From NCBI GenBank assembly GCA_020725895.1, contig DYTO01000002.1, forward strand, positions 3,966 through 67,965: a stretch of DNA of 64,000 bases, in the 5' to 3' direction. The notes under the pieces were generated by a model, which saw only the letters and a program-made list of their open reading frames with translations, ran no database searches and had not been told where the DNA came from. Position 1 is the stretch's first letter. Each line of letters opens with the position of its first letter. A program made the position numbers and the translations under genes. The stretch is from Candidatus Hadarchaeum sp. GTDB taxonomy: Archaea; Hadarchaeota; Hadarchaeia; Hadarchaeales; Hadarchaeaceae. Shown piece after piece: positions 9,149 to 19,413 of the stretch.

Positions 9149-9810
9149 TCGATATTTTTCAGGTCGATGACCCTTGCTTCCACGGATTTCAAAATTTCCG
9201 CCGGGATATCCCAAACGTTTTTCGCGTGTTCGATAACCGCCCTGTCGCTTGTCGCCACGACCCCGTAACGTCTCAGTTTCATGTCGACCCCGACAACAGC
9301 CTTGGCCGCGCCCCTCACGTCGGCGATTTTCATCACCTTTCTGAATTCGGAGGCAGTATCGCCGCTATGGCCAACCTGTTTGTCGAAGAGGACATCCATA
9401 GATTTCACACCCGAACTTTTGATGATGCTTACGATCAGAGGGATTGCTTTGGAAGTTACGTGAGATTTTCGATATTTCCCGAACACTGCCCTGAGGTCCC
9501 TGACATAACCATCGTCGCAGGCAACGACAACTTTCCCCATCAGAATGCTCTCCATAGTTATAAGCAGGTTATATCCGTCAACGCCCAATCTCTTCCCGCG
9601 CAACCCCGCAACCCCAACGGCCTTTCCAGAGTTCTTATCGATTTCTCTCGTGGAAAAAACGCACCTCGCCAGAAAGTGCCTGACCTCAAGTGGGAAGCGG
9701 TAGTGGTTCGTGACGAAGTTCAGCGCCGTCGTACGCGAATAGCCGCGGTTGAGCAAGAACCTGAGTTCCTGGACGGCACCCACAACTTCAGGCGGTGGCG
9801 TGACAGACAT
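9145..9810 (-). CDS. DUF434-family protein (PIN/NYN-like)
   Basis: LLNRGY, VDGYNLLIT.E, DDGYVRDL, VATSD. Confidence 0.8.
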   Translation of the reverse strand: MSVTPPPEVVGAVQELRFLLNRGYSRTTALNFVTNHYRFPLEVRHFLARCVFSTREIDKNSGKAVGVAGLRGKRLGVDGYNLLITMESILMGKVVVACDDGYVRDLRAVFGKYRKSHVTSKAIPLIVSIIKSSGVKSMDVLFDKQVGHSGDTASEFRKVMKIADVRGAAKAVVGVDMKLRRYGVVATSDRAVIEHAKNVWDIPAEILKSVEARVIDLKNID

Positions 9811-9816
9811 CCGCCA

Positions 9817-12711
9817 CTACCCCAGATAAATCGCCGGTCTCAGAGGGATGCTGCCAACTGCCCTATTCTCCGGGTCGAACCTAGCTTGGTCGTCAGATAT
9901 GAAGACCATCACCTGGAGGCCGAGCTGGTCTCTCATAAAGTCAGACGCCTCCTCGAGCACAGAGAACTCATCTATCTTTACGCCCTTTATCAGTTCAATC
10001 TTCTCCTCGGCCGTCTCCCTCAGGCTCGCCACCATCTGCTGCAGGAGCTTTGAGAGGTCGGCCTTGTGCAGCCGCAGCCCCAGCTCGCTCTCGACTCCCT
10101 TCAGAAGCGCGCCGAAGTCGAACTTCCCTCCGCGCACCTTTTCCATGACCTTCAGGTACGCCTTCCATTTCCAATCCTGCGCGACGTAGACGCACACCTT
10201 CGTCGGTTTCGCCTTGATGACCTTCTTTATCTTGGCGATGTCCTCGATCACCCTCGTGACGTAATCCTCCGAGAACTCCACGCCCCTGTCTATCTTTTTC
10301 TCCTCCACGGCGGGCCACTCGGTAGAAGATATGAAGTTGTCATTGCCCAGCCTCTCCCAGAGTTCCTCGCAAGTGTGCGGGGTGAACGGGGCGAGAAGCC
10401 TGAGCCAGACGTCAAGCACATTTTTCAAAGTCTTAGTCCTCGCCTCGGGGGTGCTCGCCCGCTTCATGTATCGCCTCACGTCCTGCATTATCATGAAGAA
10501 CGAGTGCTGCACCGCCCTCCTCGTCTCGAACGCCTCCAGCGCCTCGGTCGCAGCCTTGACGTGGGTCTGGAGCCTGCTCAGCATCCAGCGCTCCGGCTGC
10601 CCCATTGCCGTCGCCCCCTCGCCCGGCATCGCGATTATCTCCTCCGCCAGAGAATAGAACCTATCCAGGCTCCTCTGCATTGCCTCGACCTCGGAGGTCT
10701 TCCAGTCCATGTCCTGCCAGGGCTCCGAGACGGACATCAGGTATATTCTCACGGTGTCCGCGCCGTACTTCTTCACCGCCTCGTTGATCGCGATGATGTT
10801 GCCCTTGGACGATGACATCTTCTGCCCCTCGAGTATCGCGATCCCGAAGCTGACGATGCCGCGCGGGCAGTACTTCGGCAGAAGCTGGGCGTGGTGGAAG
10901 ATGTGGAAAGTCAGGTGGTTCGGGATGAGCTCGTTCGCCGAGACGCGGTAGTCGAGCGGGTACCAGTACTCGAACTCTTTCCTCATCTGCTCGAGCTTGC
11001 CCTTTTCGATGCCGGTGTCCGCGGAAATCTTTCCAGCGTCGCCCTTCGCATCGAACACGTAGTCGAAAACAGCGTCGTTCAGCGACCCGGCCTCCACGGT
11101 TTTCAGGATGTGCGAAATCGTGTAGTATGCCATGTAAATCGTCGAGTCGCTCAGAGATTCTATTATCCAGCCCGGGTCCCAGTGGGCTGGCGTCCCCATT
11201 CCGATCTTCCTCGTGCAGGGCCACTCGTGGAGCCAATCCATCGTGTGCTCGAACTGCGCCCTGCTCTCCGGCGGGATCAGCTTCATGCTGGCAAGGCACT
11301 TCTTCGCCTTGGATTTCCACGTCTCGTCCGCGTAGTTCAGGAACCACTGGTCCTCGACAATCTTGATCACGACGGGCGTCCCGCACCTGCAAGTGACAGG
11401 CCTCGATGCGAACTCGTACATCGTCGCGGCCTCCTTGTCGGCGAGCATCTCCTCCCGAACTGCTGTCTTCGCCTCCGAGACGGGCATGTCCTCGTATCCC
11501 TGGACCCACGAGCGCATCTTCCCCTTCGCGAACTCGTTGCGATAGACCTCGGCAGTCGCCTGCTCGAGCTTGTGGTCCGTCTGCCTCTTGATCCCCATCT
11601 TGTTCACGACGTCGATGGCGGGCGATTCACCGAAGCCCGGGACTTCTATGAGTGATATCGGCTCCAGCTTCATCACTTTCTGCGGGTCGATCCCGCTGTG
11701 GGCGAGCAAATCGACCTGCTGCTGGGCCTCGATCAATGCGATGTAGTCGTAAGGCGCGTGGGCCGGGACCGAGCCGACGACTCCCGTGGCGTTGTTCTCG
11801 TCGACGAAAACCGCCGGAAGGATCGGCACCTTCTTGTGAGTCAGCGGCACCTCGACCTCCTGGCTGAAGTCTATCTTGAAAGGCTTCGCTTCGCCGACAT
11901 TGTATCCCTGCTGCCTGAGCTTTTCAATTGCCGGCTCGCTGACAACCCAGCTCTCGCCGTCCACCTGAACCGCGACGTAGTTCACGTTAGGGTTGAGCCA
12001 CAGGTTCGTCACGCCGAAGACAGTCTCCGGGCGGAGAGTCGCCGCCGGGAGAACGTAGTCGCCAAGGCGGTACTTCAGCAGCGTGAACTCGACAGTTTCC
12101 ACGCCTTCCCCCTCGAGTAGGTCGTGGTCTGTCACGGGGTTCCCGTCCGATGTGCACCACTTGACCGGGTGCTTCCCCTTCACTATCAGCCCCGCGTCCC
12201 ATAGCTTGTGATACTGCCAGGTGATGAACTTGCTGTAGTGTGGGTCGACGGTTGTCAGCTCCCTGCGCCAGTCAATCGAGAATCCCAGCCACTCCATCCC
12301 CTTCCGATAGCTGAGGTCGCTCTCCCTCGCGAAGTAATTGGCGTAGAAGTGTGGGTTCTCAAAGTCCTTCAAAGACTCCTCCGGGATACCGTAGCGCTCG
12401 GTCAGAACATTTATGAATTTCGTGTCTCTCGATGCGACTCTCTTGGCCGCGCCGACTATCGGCGTTCCGGTGAAGTGGTAACCCATCGGGAAAAGGACGT
12501 TGAAGCCCTGCATTCGCTTGAATCTCGCAATGACATCGGGGATTGTGTACGTCCTTCCATGCCCGACATGACAAGGGCCCGAGACGTAAGGAAATGCAGC
12601 CGTGACGTACCACTTGGGCCTTTTATCAGGCTCGACCTCAAAAAGTTGGTCCTCGCGCCAAGCGTCCTGCCATTTCTTGTCGATATCCTGCCAGTTCACC
12701 ATGAAATCCAA
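9817..12711 (-). CDS. leuS: Leucyl-tRNA synthetase (archaeal)
   Basis: FPYVSGPCHVGH, ESLSDSTIYMAYY, KMSSSKGN. Confidence 0.97.
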   Translation of the reverse strand: MDFMVNWQDIDKKWQDAWREDQLFEVEPDKRPKWYVTAAFPYVSGPCHVGHGRTYTIPDVIARFKRMQGFNVLFPMGYHFTGTPIVGAAKRVASRDTKFINVLTERYGIPEESLKDFENPHFYANYFARESDLSYRKGMEWLGFSIDWRRELTTVDPHYSKFITWQYHKLWDAGLIVKGKHPVKWCTSDGNPVTDHDLLEGEGVETVEFTLLKYRLGDYVLPAATLRPETVFGVTNLWLNPNVNYVAVQVDGESWVVSEPAIEKLRQQGYNVGEAKPFKIDFSQEVEVPLTHKKVPILPAVFVDENNATGVVGSVPAHAPYDYIALIEAQQQVDLLAHSGIDPQKVMKLEPISLIEVPGFGESPAIDVVNKMGIKRQTDHKLEQATAEVYRNEFAKGKMRSWVQGYEDMPVSEAKTAVREEMLADKEAATMYEFASRPVTCRCGTPVVIKIVEDQWFLNYADETWKSKAKKCLASMKLIPPESRAQFEHTMDWLHEWPCTRKIGMGTPAHWDPGWIIESLSDSTIYMAYYTISHILKTVEAGSLNDAVFDYVFDAKGDAGKISADTGIEKGKLEQMRKEFEYWYPLDYRVSANELIPNHLTFHIFHHAQLLPKYCPRGIVSFGIAILEGQKMSSSKGNIIAINEAVKKYGADTVRIYLMSVSEPWQDMDWKTSEVEAMQRSLDRFYSLAEEIIAMPGEGATAMGQPERWMLSRLQTHVKAATEALEAFETRRAVQHSFFMIMQDVRRYMKRASTPEARTKTLKNVLDVWLRLLAPFTPHTCEELWERLGNDNFISSTEWPAVEEKKIDRGVEFSEDYVTRVIEDIAKIKKVIKAKPTKVCVYVAQDWKWKAYLKVMEKVRGGKFDFGALLKGVESELGLRLHKADLSKLLQQMVASLRETAEEKIELIKGVKIDEFSVLEEASDFMRDQLGLQVMVFISDDQARFDPENRAVGSIPLRPAIYLG

Positions 12712-12742
12712 ATCTCCTTCCGTTTCTTTCCTTTAGTATTTT

Positions 12743-15475
12743 CTATAAAACTCCGTGCTCGACGCACATATCAGTCGCCCGCTGGATCGCCTGGGCCAGG
12801 TTCTCCTTCTTCGGCCCGCCGCCCTGCCCGATGTTGGGCTTGCCACCGCCGCCACCGCCAAGAACTCTCGCAGCCTCGGCAGCCACCTCGCCGCAGTCCA
12901 GCCCCGTCTTCGCAGCCACCTCGCCCGCCATCACCACAACCTTCGCAAGGTCGTCGCTCGCGCCGAGTATCGCTACGAGCCTCGGGTCGTCCTTGATGAC
13001 GCTCTCGCCTATCTTCACTAGCTCGTCCGGCTTCGCACCCTCGACCTCCGTGCTCACGATCTTGATCTTCCCGAACTCCTTCACCATCGATTTCAGCTCA
13101 ATTAGCATGTGCTTCGCGACCCTCGCCTGCATCCTCTCTATCTCCTTCCTCGCCTCCCTCCACGACTCGTAGAGCTGCTGCGTCGCTGGAACCACCTTGT
13201 CCACCGGCACCCTCAGAATCCCAGCCGAGTGCGCGATCTGGCTCTCCTGCTCCTGCACGAACTGGAGTGCGGCGTCGCCGGTCGCGAACTCGATCCTCTC
13301 AATCCCATCTTGGATCCTCTCGGTCCTGATTATCTTGATGAGGCCGACCTCGCCTGTCCTCGTGTAGTGTGTCCCCGCGCAAGCCTGTGTGTTCCAGCCC
13401 TCTATGTCGACCACGCGAACCTTCTTGCCGGGCACGACGCCGCCCTGGTACAGGTCGAATCCGTACTTCCCCTCCGCCTCGTTCCTTTCCATCCAGACTG
13501 CCTTCACAGGCCTGTCCTCCCGAACAACATCGTTGGCCAGCCGCTCTATCCTCTTGATTTCGTCGATCCCCATTCTCCTGAAGTGCGAGATGTCTAGGCG
13601 GGTCCTGTCGACGCCCTTCTGCGCGCCTTGCTGCCAGACGTGGTCGCCGAGAACTCTCCTAATCGCGCCGAGAAGGATGTGCGTCCCAGTGTGGTGTGTC
13701 ATCAGGGAACTCCTCCTCACCCAGTCAAGCCGCCCGGTCACCGTCTGCCCCGGCCTGAACTCGTTTGGCTTCACCTGATGAAGGATGACATCACCTGCCT
13801 TCACGACCTTCTTCACCTGCGCCTTCGACTTTTTCGTTTCCATCTCGCCGACGTCCGACGGCTGGCCGCCGCCCTCAGGGTAGAATGCCGTCTTGTTTAG
13901 AACGACGTAATCTCCGATCGATTTCAAAACCCTCGCCCTGAACTCGCGAGCGTACGGGTCGGTGTAATGGATCGGCTTCGTCGCCGGCAGGTCCTTCAGC
14001 GCCTCGATTGGGAGCGGCGAAACTTCCGTCGGGACGTGCCTCGGCTTGCTGTGGGACTTTGCGACCTTGATGTAGAAGTCCTCCGGGACCTCGACCTTCA
14101 CGCCTGCCCTCTCCGCGACCTCCTTCACGGTCTCGGGCGGCAACCCATGGCTGTCGTAAAGTTGGATGAGGCTGTTCACGGGGAGCACGCCCTCCTTGGT
14201 GAAGAGGTCCTTGGCCACGCGCTCGACGAGCCTCGACCCCCGCGCAATCGACTCCGAGTATCTCTTCTCCTCCTCAGCGACGACCTTTGTTATGTAGTCG
14301 TACTTCGCCGCGATGTCTGGGAACTGCCTTTCAAGAGTTTTGATCGCGAAGCCTATCAGTTCAGAAAGCGGCCTGTTGATGCCGAGATCCTTCATCATCC
14401 TGAGCGTGCGCCTCAAGACCAGCCTCGCCAGGTAGCCTTCGCGTACGTTGCTCGGCGTTATCCCGTCCGCGAGCATGAATGAAAGGCACCTCAGGTGGTC
14501 GGCTATCGCGTAGAGGTTCTCGAGAGGCGTCAGCAGCCTGTTCAGCTCGGAGATGTCCATCCCGACCCTCTTCGCGACATTCGTGCGCAGGATGTTCATG
14601 TCTCGTCCGCTGTCGATGTCGATCACTCCCGCGAGCTTCGAGTTCTCGCGGAGTATCTCATTCGGAGGCATCTGCACTTTACACAGCTCGTGCAGGTAGT
14701 TGATGATCTGGCCAAGCACTGGCTCGTAGCTCGTCGGCGTCCCCTGTGATAGCCAGACTAGGCGCTCCATTCCGTAACCGGTGTCAACGATATCCAGCGG
14801 CAAGGGCTTGTACTTCCCTCCCTCCCCATCGTAATGCATGAACACCAGCGTCGCCACCTCGAGTCCGCGAACGTTCACCTCAAAGTCCTCGCCAGCGTTT
14901 CCCCCGCCCTCCCAGTAGTCCTGGATGTACGTGATCTCGGCGGGCTTTATCCCGACCTTCCTCGTGAGGAACTCGTGGCAGAGCTCGACTGTCTCGTCAT
15001 TCCAGTATATCTTTTTCTTGTCGTTGAACGCGTGGTGCCCGCCCATGAAGAAAAGTGTGAAGTGGCGACCCGACCTCCCGACGTTGTCTATGTCCTTGAG
15101 ACGGATGCTCGGCTGGCTGATCACGAGGGGGTTCGCGGGCGGCGGGACCTGGCCGCTCGTCACCCACGGCTGGAAGTCGGCAATCGATGCAATCGTGAGA
15201 AAAATATCGTCGCGCCAGCGGGCCACGACCGGGTATCGTTTTATCGCCTTGTGCTTCTTTCGCTCGAAGAAATCAAGGAAAGTCTTCTCCATCTTCTGGA
15301 GTGAGAATCTCTGTTTTGTCGGAGGTTTTCCTATGAAAGTGTACTCTTCGCAGGGGGTGTCGCCGCATGTCTTCTTATCCGGGTTGAGCGTCCAGAAAGT
15401 TCGACCGCATCCGCTGCACTGCTTGCGGACGAAACCCTTCTGCTTGAAAAGCTCTACTTCGTATATATCGCTCAC
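12743..15475 (-). CDS. alaS: Alanyl-tRNA synthetase (archaeal)
   Basis: RYPVVARWRDD, VDTGYGMER, HHTGTH, C-terminal GGGGG DHHA1 domain. Confidence 0.97.
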   Translation of the reverse strand: MSDIYEVELFKQKGFVRKQCSGCGRTFWTLNPDKKTCGDTPCEEYTFIGKPPTKQRFSLQKMEKTFLDFFERKKHKAIKRYPVVARWRDDIFLTIASIADFQPWVTSGQVPPPANPLVISQPSIRLKDIDNVGRSGRHFTLFFMGGHHAFNDKKKIYWNDETVELCHEFLTRKVGIKPAEITYIQDYWEGGGNAGEDFEVNVRGLEVATLVFMHYDGEGGKYKPLPLDIVDTGYGMERLVWLSQGTPTSYEPVLGQIINYLHELCKVQMPPNEILRENSKLAGVIDIDSGRDMNILRTNVAKRVGMDISELNRLLTPLENLYAIADHLRCLSFMLADGITPSNVREGYLARLVLRRTLRMMKDLGINRPLSELIGFAIKTLERQFPDIAAKYDYITKVVAEEEKRYSESIARGSRLVERVAKDLFTKEGVLPVNSLIQLYDSHGLPPETVKEVAERAGVKVEVPEDFYIKVAKSHSKPRHVPTEVSPLPIEALKDLPATKPIHYTDPYAREFRARVLKSIGDYVVLNKTAFYPEGGGQPSDVGEMETKKSKAQVKKVVKAGDVILHQVKPNEFRPGQTVTGRLDWVRRSSLMTHHTGTHILLGAIRRVLGDHVWQQGAQKGVDRTRLDISHFRRMGIDEIKRIERLANDVVREDRPVKAVWMERNEAEGKYGFDLYQGGVVPGKKVRVVDIEGWNTQACAGTHYTRTGEVGLIKIIRTERIQDGIERIEFATGDAALQFVQEQESQIAHSAGILRVPVDKVVPATQQLYESWREARKEIERMQARVAKHMLIELKSMVKEFGKIKIVSTEVEGAKPDELVKIGESVIKDDPRLVAILGASDDLAKVVVMAGEVAAKTGLDCGEVAAEAARVLGGGGGGKPNIGQGGGPKKENLAQAIQRATDMCVEHGVL

Positions 15476-15534
15476 TATCTCGCCAAGTGAAATAACATTG
15501 CCGGAGTTAAAAAGTTGTTTTCAGAATTCCTTAA

Positions 15535-15849
15535 TCAGCCGAACAGCGCGCCAAGACCGGCCAAGGCTTCCTCTTCCTTCTTCTCTTCCCTGGCTTCTTC
15601 CTTCTTCTCTTCCTTCTTGCCCTCGGCCTTCGCCGGAGCAGCGGCAGGCGCAGCGGCCGGTGCGGCCACAGCGACGGCAGCCGTCTTCACGGCGTCGTCA
15701 ATGTTCACTCCTTCGAGAGAAGCCACGAGTGCCTTCACCCTGGCCTCGTCAACGGCAATTCCGGCAGCCGAGATGACCTTCTTCAGGTTGTCCTCGTTCA
15801 CCGGTTGCTTTGCGTTGTGCAGCAAGAGTGCTGCGTGTATGTACTCCAT
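15535..15849 (-). CDS. rpl12: Ribosomal stalk protein P1/L12
   Basis: [11 protein letters not shown], Ala-rich hinge, GLGALFG end. Confidence 0.97.
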   Translation of the reverse strand: MEYIHAALLLHNAKQPVNEDNLKKVISAAGIAVDEARVKALVASLEGVNIDDAVKTAAVAVAAPAAAPAAAPAKAEGKKEEKKEEAREEKKEEEALAGLGALFG

Positions 15850-15905
15850 CAGTATCCCCTTTGTTTTAGTTCACGACCAATATAAATCATTTCGGTCACC
15901 GTTTT

Positions 15906-16943
15906 TTACCCGAAAAGTGCCCCCAGTCCGCCGATGGCCTCCTCTTCCTTCTTTTCATCCGGCTTTTCCTCCGCCTTCGCCTTCTCCTCCGCGGGTGCAG
16001 CGGCTGGCGCAGGTGCGGGCGCCGCAGCCGCAGCGGCCCCGATCGTCTCCTTGAGCTTTGCGCTCAACGCCTGCTCGTTCTTCGCTCCGATTACTCTTGC
16101 CAAGGCGAGCATCTCCGATTGTGCGATCGAAAGCAGCTCAGGCATCACGCCCTTGACAGTGACGCGCGCGTTTATCGCCAAGTTCTTGCTGAAGAAAGTT
16201 GCCTGTGACAAGAACAGGCCGACGTTAGATTTTGTCGGGTATGTTATGTTGAACGCTAAGTTGAAAGCGCTCGAGCCGGCGCCCTGGACTTCTGCCAGAA
16301 CCTGTTTCTCGTCTATGCTCAGCACGCTGGCAGTGAATAGAAGCCCGTCCTCGAAAGCCGCGCGGAGCTTCAACCCGAGCTCGAGCGGCATTATGCCGAA
16401 CTTTGCGAGCGTGTCCGAGATCTCCTTTGTTATGACATCGCCCTCCTTGACTATTTTGTGGTCCTCCAGGACGACGACCTTCCCCGCCTGAATCCTGGCC
16501 TTGAGGCCGACGCGCTGCAGCTCGCCGACAGCAGGGCCCGGCGGTAGGTCAGTGTCGCCCGCCGGGATGACGATGTCTCTCGGGGATTTCGACCCGGGCC
16601 TGGCGGAGGCGTTGACCTTGTTTTCTTTCAGGAACTTGTTCAGCTTGAACGGGTTGATCTTCGAAAGGATCACGCCCGACTGCCCACGGATCTGTCCCTT
16701 GAGCTCCACGAGTTTCGGGTTGTTCTCTGCGGCCCTGTCGAAGATTATGTCGAGAAGTGTGTTTTTTGTGACGATGATCGATGCCTGGTCCCTGAGCTTC
16801 TGTCTTATCTGCTGGAACTGCCGCGCGGGCAGCTCAGACATGTCGACTATCCCGATCACTGGATATTGCTTGATCTGCTCAGTGAGATCGTCAACAGTTT
16901 CCTTCTTCCAGTTCGCGACGTGGGAAGTTCTCGCAGCCATCAT
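15906..16943 (-). CDS. rplP0: Ribosomal protein P0/L10
   Basis: HVANWK, KNTLL, GLGALFG end. Confidence 0.97.
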   Translation of the reverse strand: MMAARTSHVANWKKETVDDLTEQIKQYPVIGIVDMSELPARQFQQIRQKLRDQASIIVTKNTLLDIIFDRAAENNPKLVELKGQIRGQSGVILSKINPFKLNKFLKENKVNASARPGSKSPRDIVIPAGDTDLPPGPAVGELQRVGLKARIQAGKVVVLEDHKIVKEGDVITKEISDTLAKFGIMPLELGLKLRAAFEDGLLFTASVLSIDEKQVLAEVQGAGSSAFNLAFNITYPTKSNVGLFLSQATFFSKNLAINARVTVKGVMPELLSIAQSEMLALARVIGAKNEQALSAKLKETIGAAAAAAPAPAPAAAPAEEKAKAEEKPDEKKEEEAIGGLGALFG

Positions 16944-17596
16944 TCCGTGACCACCAGCTTGACCGGCTTGCCCATCGAGCTCTTTAAGTAAGCGGCCCTC
17001 ACGTTCCCGCCTATCGAGCTTACTTTCCTCTCGACCTCTTCGAAGATTGTGACAACGTTATCCGCGAGCTGCTCGTTAGTCATCGATTCCTTCCCGATCC
17101 TTGCGTTAAGTCCGAGTTGCGCGCGAGATGAAATTCTGATGGTCTTTCTCATCTTTTCGATAAGAGGCGCCGGGTTTGCCGTCGGTGGGAGAGGCTTCGG
17201 CATCTTTGCGCGCGGACCCAGCACGGGCCCGAGAGTTTTACCTATCATTACCATGAAATCGGTCTGTGCCAATGTCAGGTCGAACTCGTTCGCCAGCTTC
17301 TTGATCGCCTTCTTGTTGCCCTCGAGTTCCGCGACATCTTCCTTGTTCATGACCTTGTCCGCGCCAGCGTTCTTCGCTAGGCGGGCTAGTTCACCGTCCC
17401 CGAGTACCAGGATCTTCTTCGGGTCACCAACGCCATGAGGTACGACGACGTCAAGGGAGAACTTGCTTTCGGGCTTTTTCAGGTCGAGCCCGCTCATCGT
17501 AATCGAGATGTCGACGCTCTGCTCGAACTTTTTCTTCTCGCTCTGCTCCCGCATCTGCTTGATTCCCTGCATCACGGCTTCCCTTGTGAGTGGCAT
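16940..17596 (-). CDS. rpl1: Ribosomal protein L1
   Basis: KKFEQSVD, LGPVLGPRAKMP, KSSMGKP. Confidence 0.96.
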   Translation of the reverse strand: MPLTREAVMQGIKQMREQSEKKKFEQSVDISITMSGLDLKKPESKFSLDVVVPHGVGDPKKILVLGDGELARLAKNAGADKVMNKEDVAELEGNKKAIKKLANEFDLTLAQTDFMVMIGKTLGPVLGPRAKMPKPLPPTANPAPLIEKMRKTIRISSRAQLGLNARIGKESMTNEQLADNVVTIFEEVERKVSSIGGNVRAAYLKSSMGKPVKLVVTE

Positions 17597-18390
17597 TATT
17601 TCTTGCCCTCCGCTTTCTTCTCTTCCCTCCTGCCTTCAGCCTTCTCAGGGGCTTTCTCGACAGCCTTTTCCTTGCCGCCCTTCTCTTTACCCTTTTCCTC
17701 GGCAGCCGGCTTTGCCTCGGCCTTCTTCTCGCCGGCGGCCTCGGCGGGCTTGGCCTCGGCAGGCGCGGCGGCCGCAGCGGCAGCCTTCGCCTCCTCGAGC
17801 TTCTTCTCTTCCTCGGCCTTCTTCTCGGCGGCTATCCTCTTCTCCTCCTTGAGCTTCTCGAAGAGCTTCGTCTGCTCCTTCTCGAGCGCCTCCAGCTCCT
17901 CCTTTGAGATTTTGCCTTCGAAAATCATGTCGTACGTTCCACTGTCAATCTCCTTCTGGACCTCCCGCGGATCCCTGCCCTCGACAGTGATGCCCATGAC
18001 GACGCAGGTCCCGATGACCTCCTTGACGGCCGCCTTGATTGTTTTCGCAAAAGTTCCCGGCAGCTTCATCTTGGCGATTTCAATAGCCTTGTAAAGCGGA
18101 AGGTTCCCGACGAGCTCGGTGCCCGGGGTCTTCGCAGCCTTCTCAATGCCGAGCTGCTTCTTCACGAGCGCAGATGTCGGCGGCGTCCCCACCTCGACCT
18201 CGAACTTCTTGGTCGCGCCGTCCACGATTAGAGTGACAGGGACTTTCATCCCCTGGAAAGATGCGGTCTTCTCGTTGATCTTGGCCACCACCTGCCCGAC
18301 GTTGACGCCGAGCGGTCCGAGAGCCGGACCTAGCGGTGGCCCAGCCGATGCCTTGCCTCCGTCCACTAGCAGTTTTATCTTCGAGCCCAT
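17596..18390 (-). CDS. rpl11: Ribosomal protein L11 with long charged C-terminal extension
   Basis: GGKASAGPPLGPALGP; about 100-aa K/E/A-rich tail. Confidence 0.96.
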   Translation of the reverse strand: MGSKIKLLVDGGKASAGPPLGPALGPLGVNVGQVVAKINEKTASFQGMKVPVTLIVDGATKKFEVEVGTPPTSALVKKQLGIEKAAKTPGTELVGNLPLYKAIEIAKMKLPGTFAKTIKAAVKEVIGTCVVMGITVEGRDPREVQKEIDSGTYDMIFEGKISKEELEALEKEQTKLFEKLKEEKRIAAEKKAEEEKKLEEAKAAAAAAAPAEAKPAEAAGEKKAEAKPAAEEKGKEKGGKEKAVEKAPEKAEGRREEKKAEGKK

Positions 18391-18464
18391 TCTATCTTTC
18401 TCCTATTGCACTACCTCAAAAATGAGCATTAGGCGTTAAAAAGGGTGTGTGGCAGAGGGTTTCC

Positions 18465-18752
18465 TCAAACTACTTCGAGTTTGCCGTATATCCCAGAGCT
18501 CACGTACGTCTCGTCGCGGAATGCCCTCGCGTACCCGTTGGTTATCTTGATCTTGGCGCCGACCTTCACCTTCTCTATGTCCGCGTCCCAGACCGAGACC
18601 TTTATCTTCCCACTCTCGTCCTTGCCAATCGCCGTCATCACTCTGCCTTCCTTGCCGTCTCTGCGAGTGTAGTTCCTCGGTTCCTCGGTTTCCACGATGT
18701 TGAGCTCGACGTCTATCTTGCGGGCCCCAGGGTTGATTTCACTAACTTTCAT
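18465..18752 (-). CDS. Single OB-fold ssDNA-binding protein (SSB/RPA-like)
   Basis: MKVSEI...DESGKIKVSVWD...KITNGY. Confidence 0.85.
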   Translation of the reverse strand: MKVSEINPGARKIDVELNIVETEEPRNYTRRDGKEGRVMTAIGKDESGKIKVSVWDADIEKVKVGAKIKITNGYARAFRDETYVSSGIYGKLEVV

Positions 18753-19240
18753 TTCTTCTTCTCCTCCTTCTTTTGTATCACCTTGACCGCGTCTCCGCGA
18801 ACGGTGACAGGAATCGGGACCGTGGCCTCGAAGAGCTCCACGGTGATCTCCTCTTTGGACTCGTCGATCCTTATGATTTTTGCGCGCTCGCCCCTGAACG
18901 GCCCTGAGATAAGTTCAACGATGTCGTCCTCCTCCATGCCGGTGATCGAAGGCCTCGGTGTCAGGAATCCCTCGAGCTGCTCTATCGGGACCTCCCCGCC
19001 GACCAGACCCTTCGCGTGCTTGACACCCGACCTCACCCTCTCGACGACCGACTTCCCGCCGAGAACCTCGACGAAAACGTAACCGTTGATGTCCGGAGGC
19101 GCGAGCACAGCCACGACGCCGAGGTTGAAGTTCTTCGCCCTGGCGTTTATCATGTCCGCGGCGTTCTTCTCCTGGCCGACGGTAGTCCTGATCGCGAATA
19201 TCTGCGGCTTGGGCGCTTCCTCGATCGGTTTCTCTTCCAT
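18749..19240 (-). CDS. spt5: Transcription elongation factor Spt5 (NusG)
   Basis: TTVGQEKN, GYVFVE, KOW motif VELISGPFRG. Confidence 0.96.
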   Translation of the reverse strand: MEEKPIEEAPKPQIFAIRTTVGQEKNAADMINARAKNFNLGVVAVLAPPDINGYVFVEVLGGKSVVERVRSGVKHAKGLVGGEVPIEQLEGFLTPRPSITGMEEDDIVELISGPFRGERAKIIRIDESKEEITVELFEATVPIPVTVRGDAVKVIQKKEEKKK

Positions 19241-19413
19241 CAGACCAGCCTTGAAAACTGGGTGAAATAGCTGATTAGCATTATGACGAAACCGATGGCT
19301 CCGATCAACAATATTCCAAGCCCGGAGATCTTCACGACCTGCATGTACTCGTCCTTCTCAGGTTTCTTCGCCACTTGGAAAAGGCGCTTGCAGTTCTGCA
19401 GGAATTCTCTCAT
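19240..19413 (-). CDS. secE: Protein translocase SecE/Sec61 gamma (57 aa)
   Basis: Manual translation MREFLQNCKRLFQVAKKPEKDEYMQVVKISGLGILLIGAIGFVI...; conserved ftsZ-secE-spt5 order. Confidence 0.92.
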   Translation of the reverse strand: MREFLQNCKRLFQVAKKPEKDEYMQVVKISGLGILLIGAIGFVIMLISYFTQFSRLV

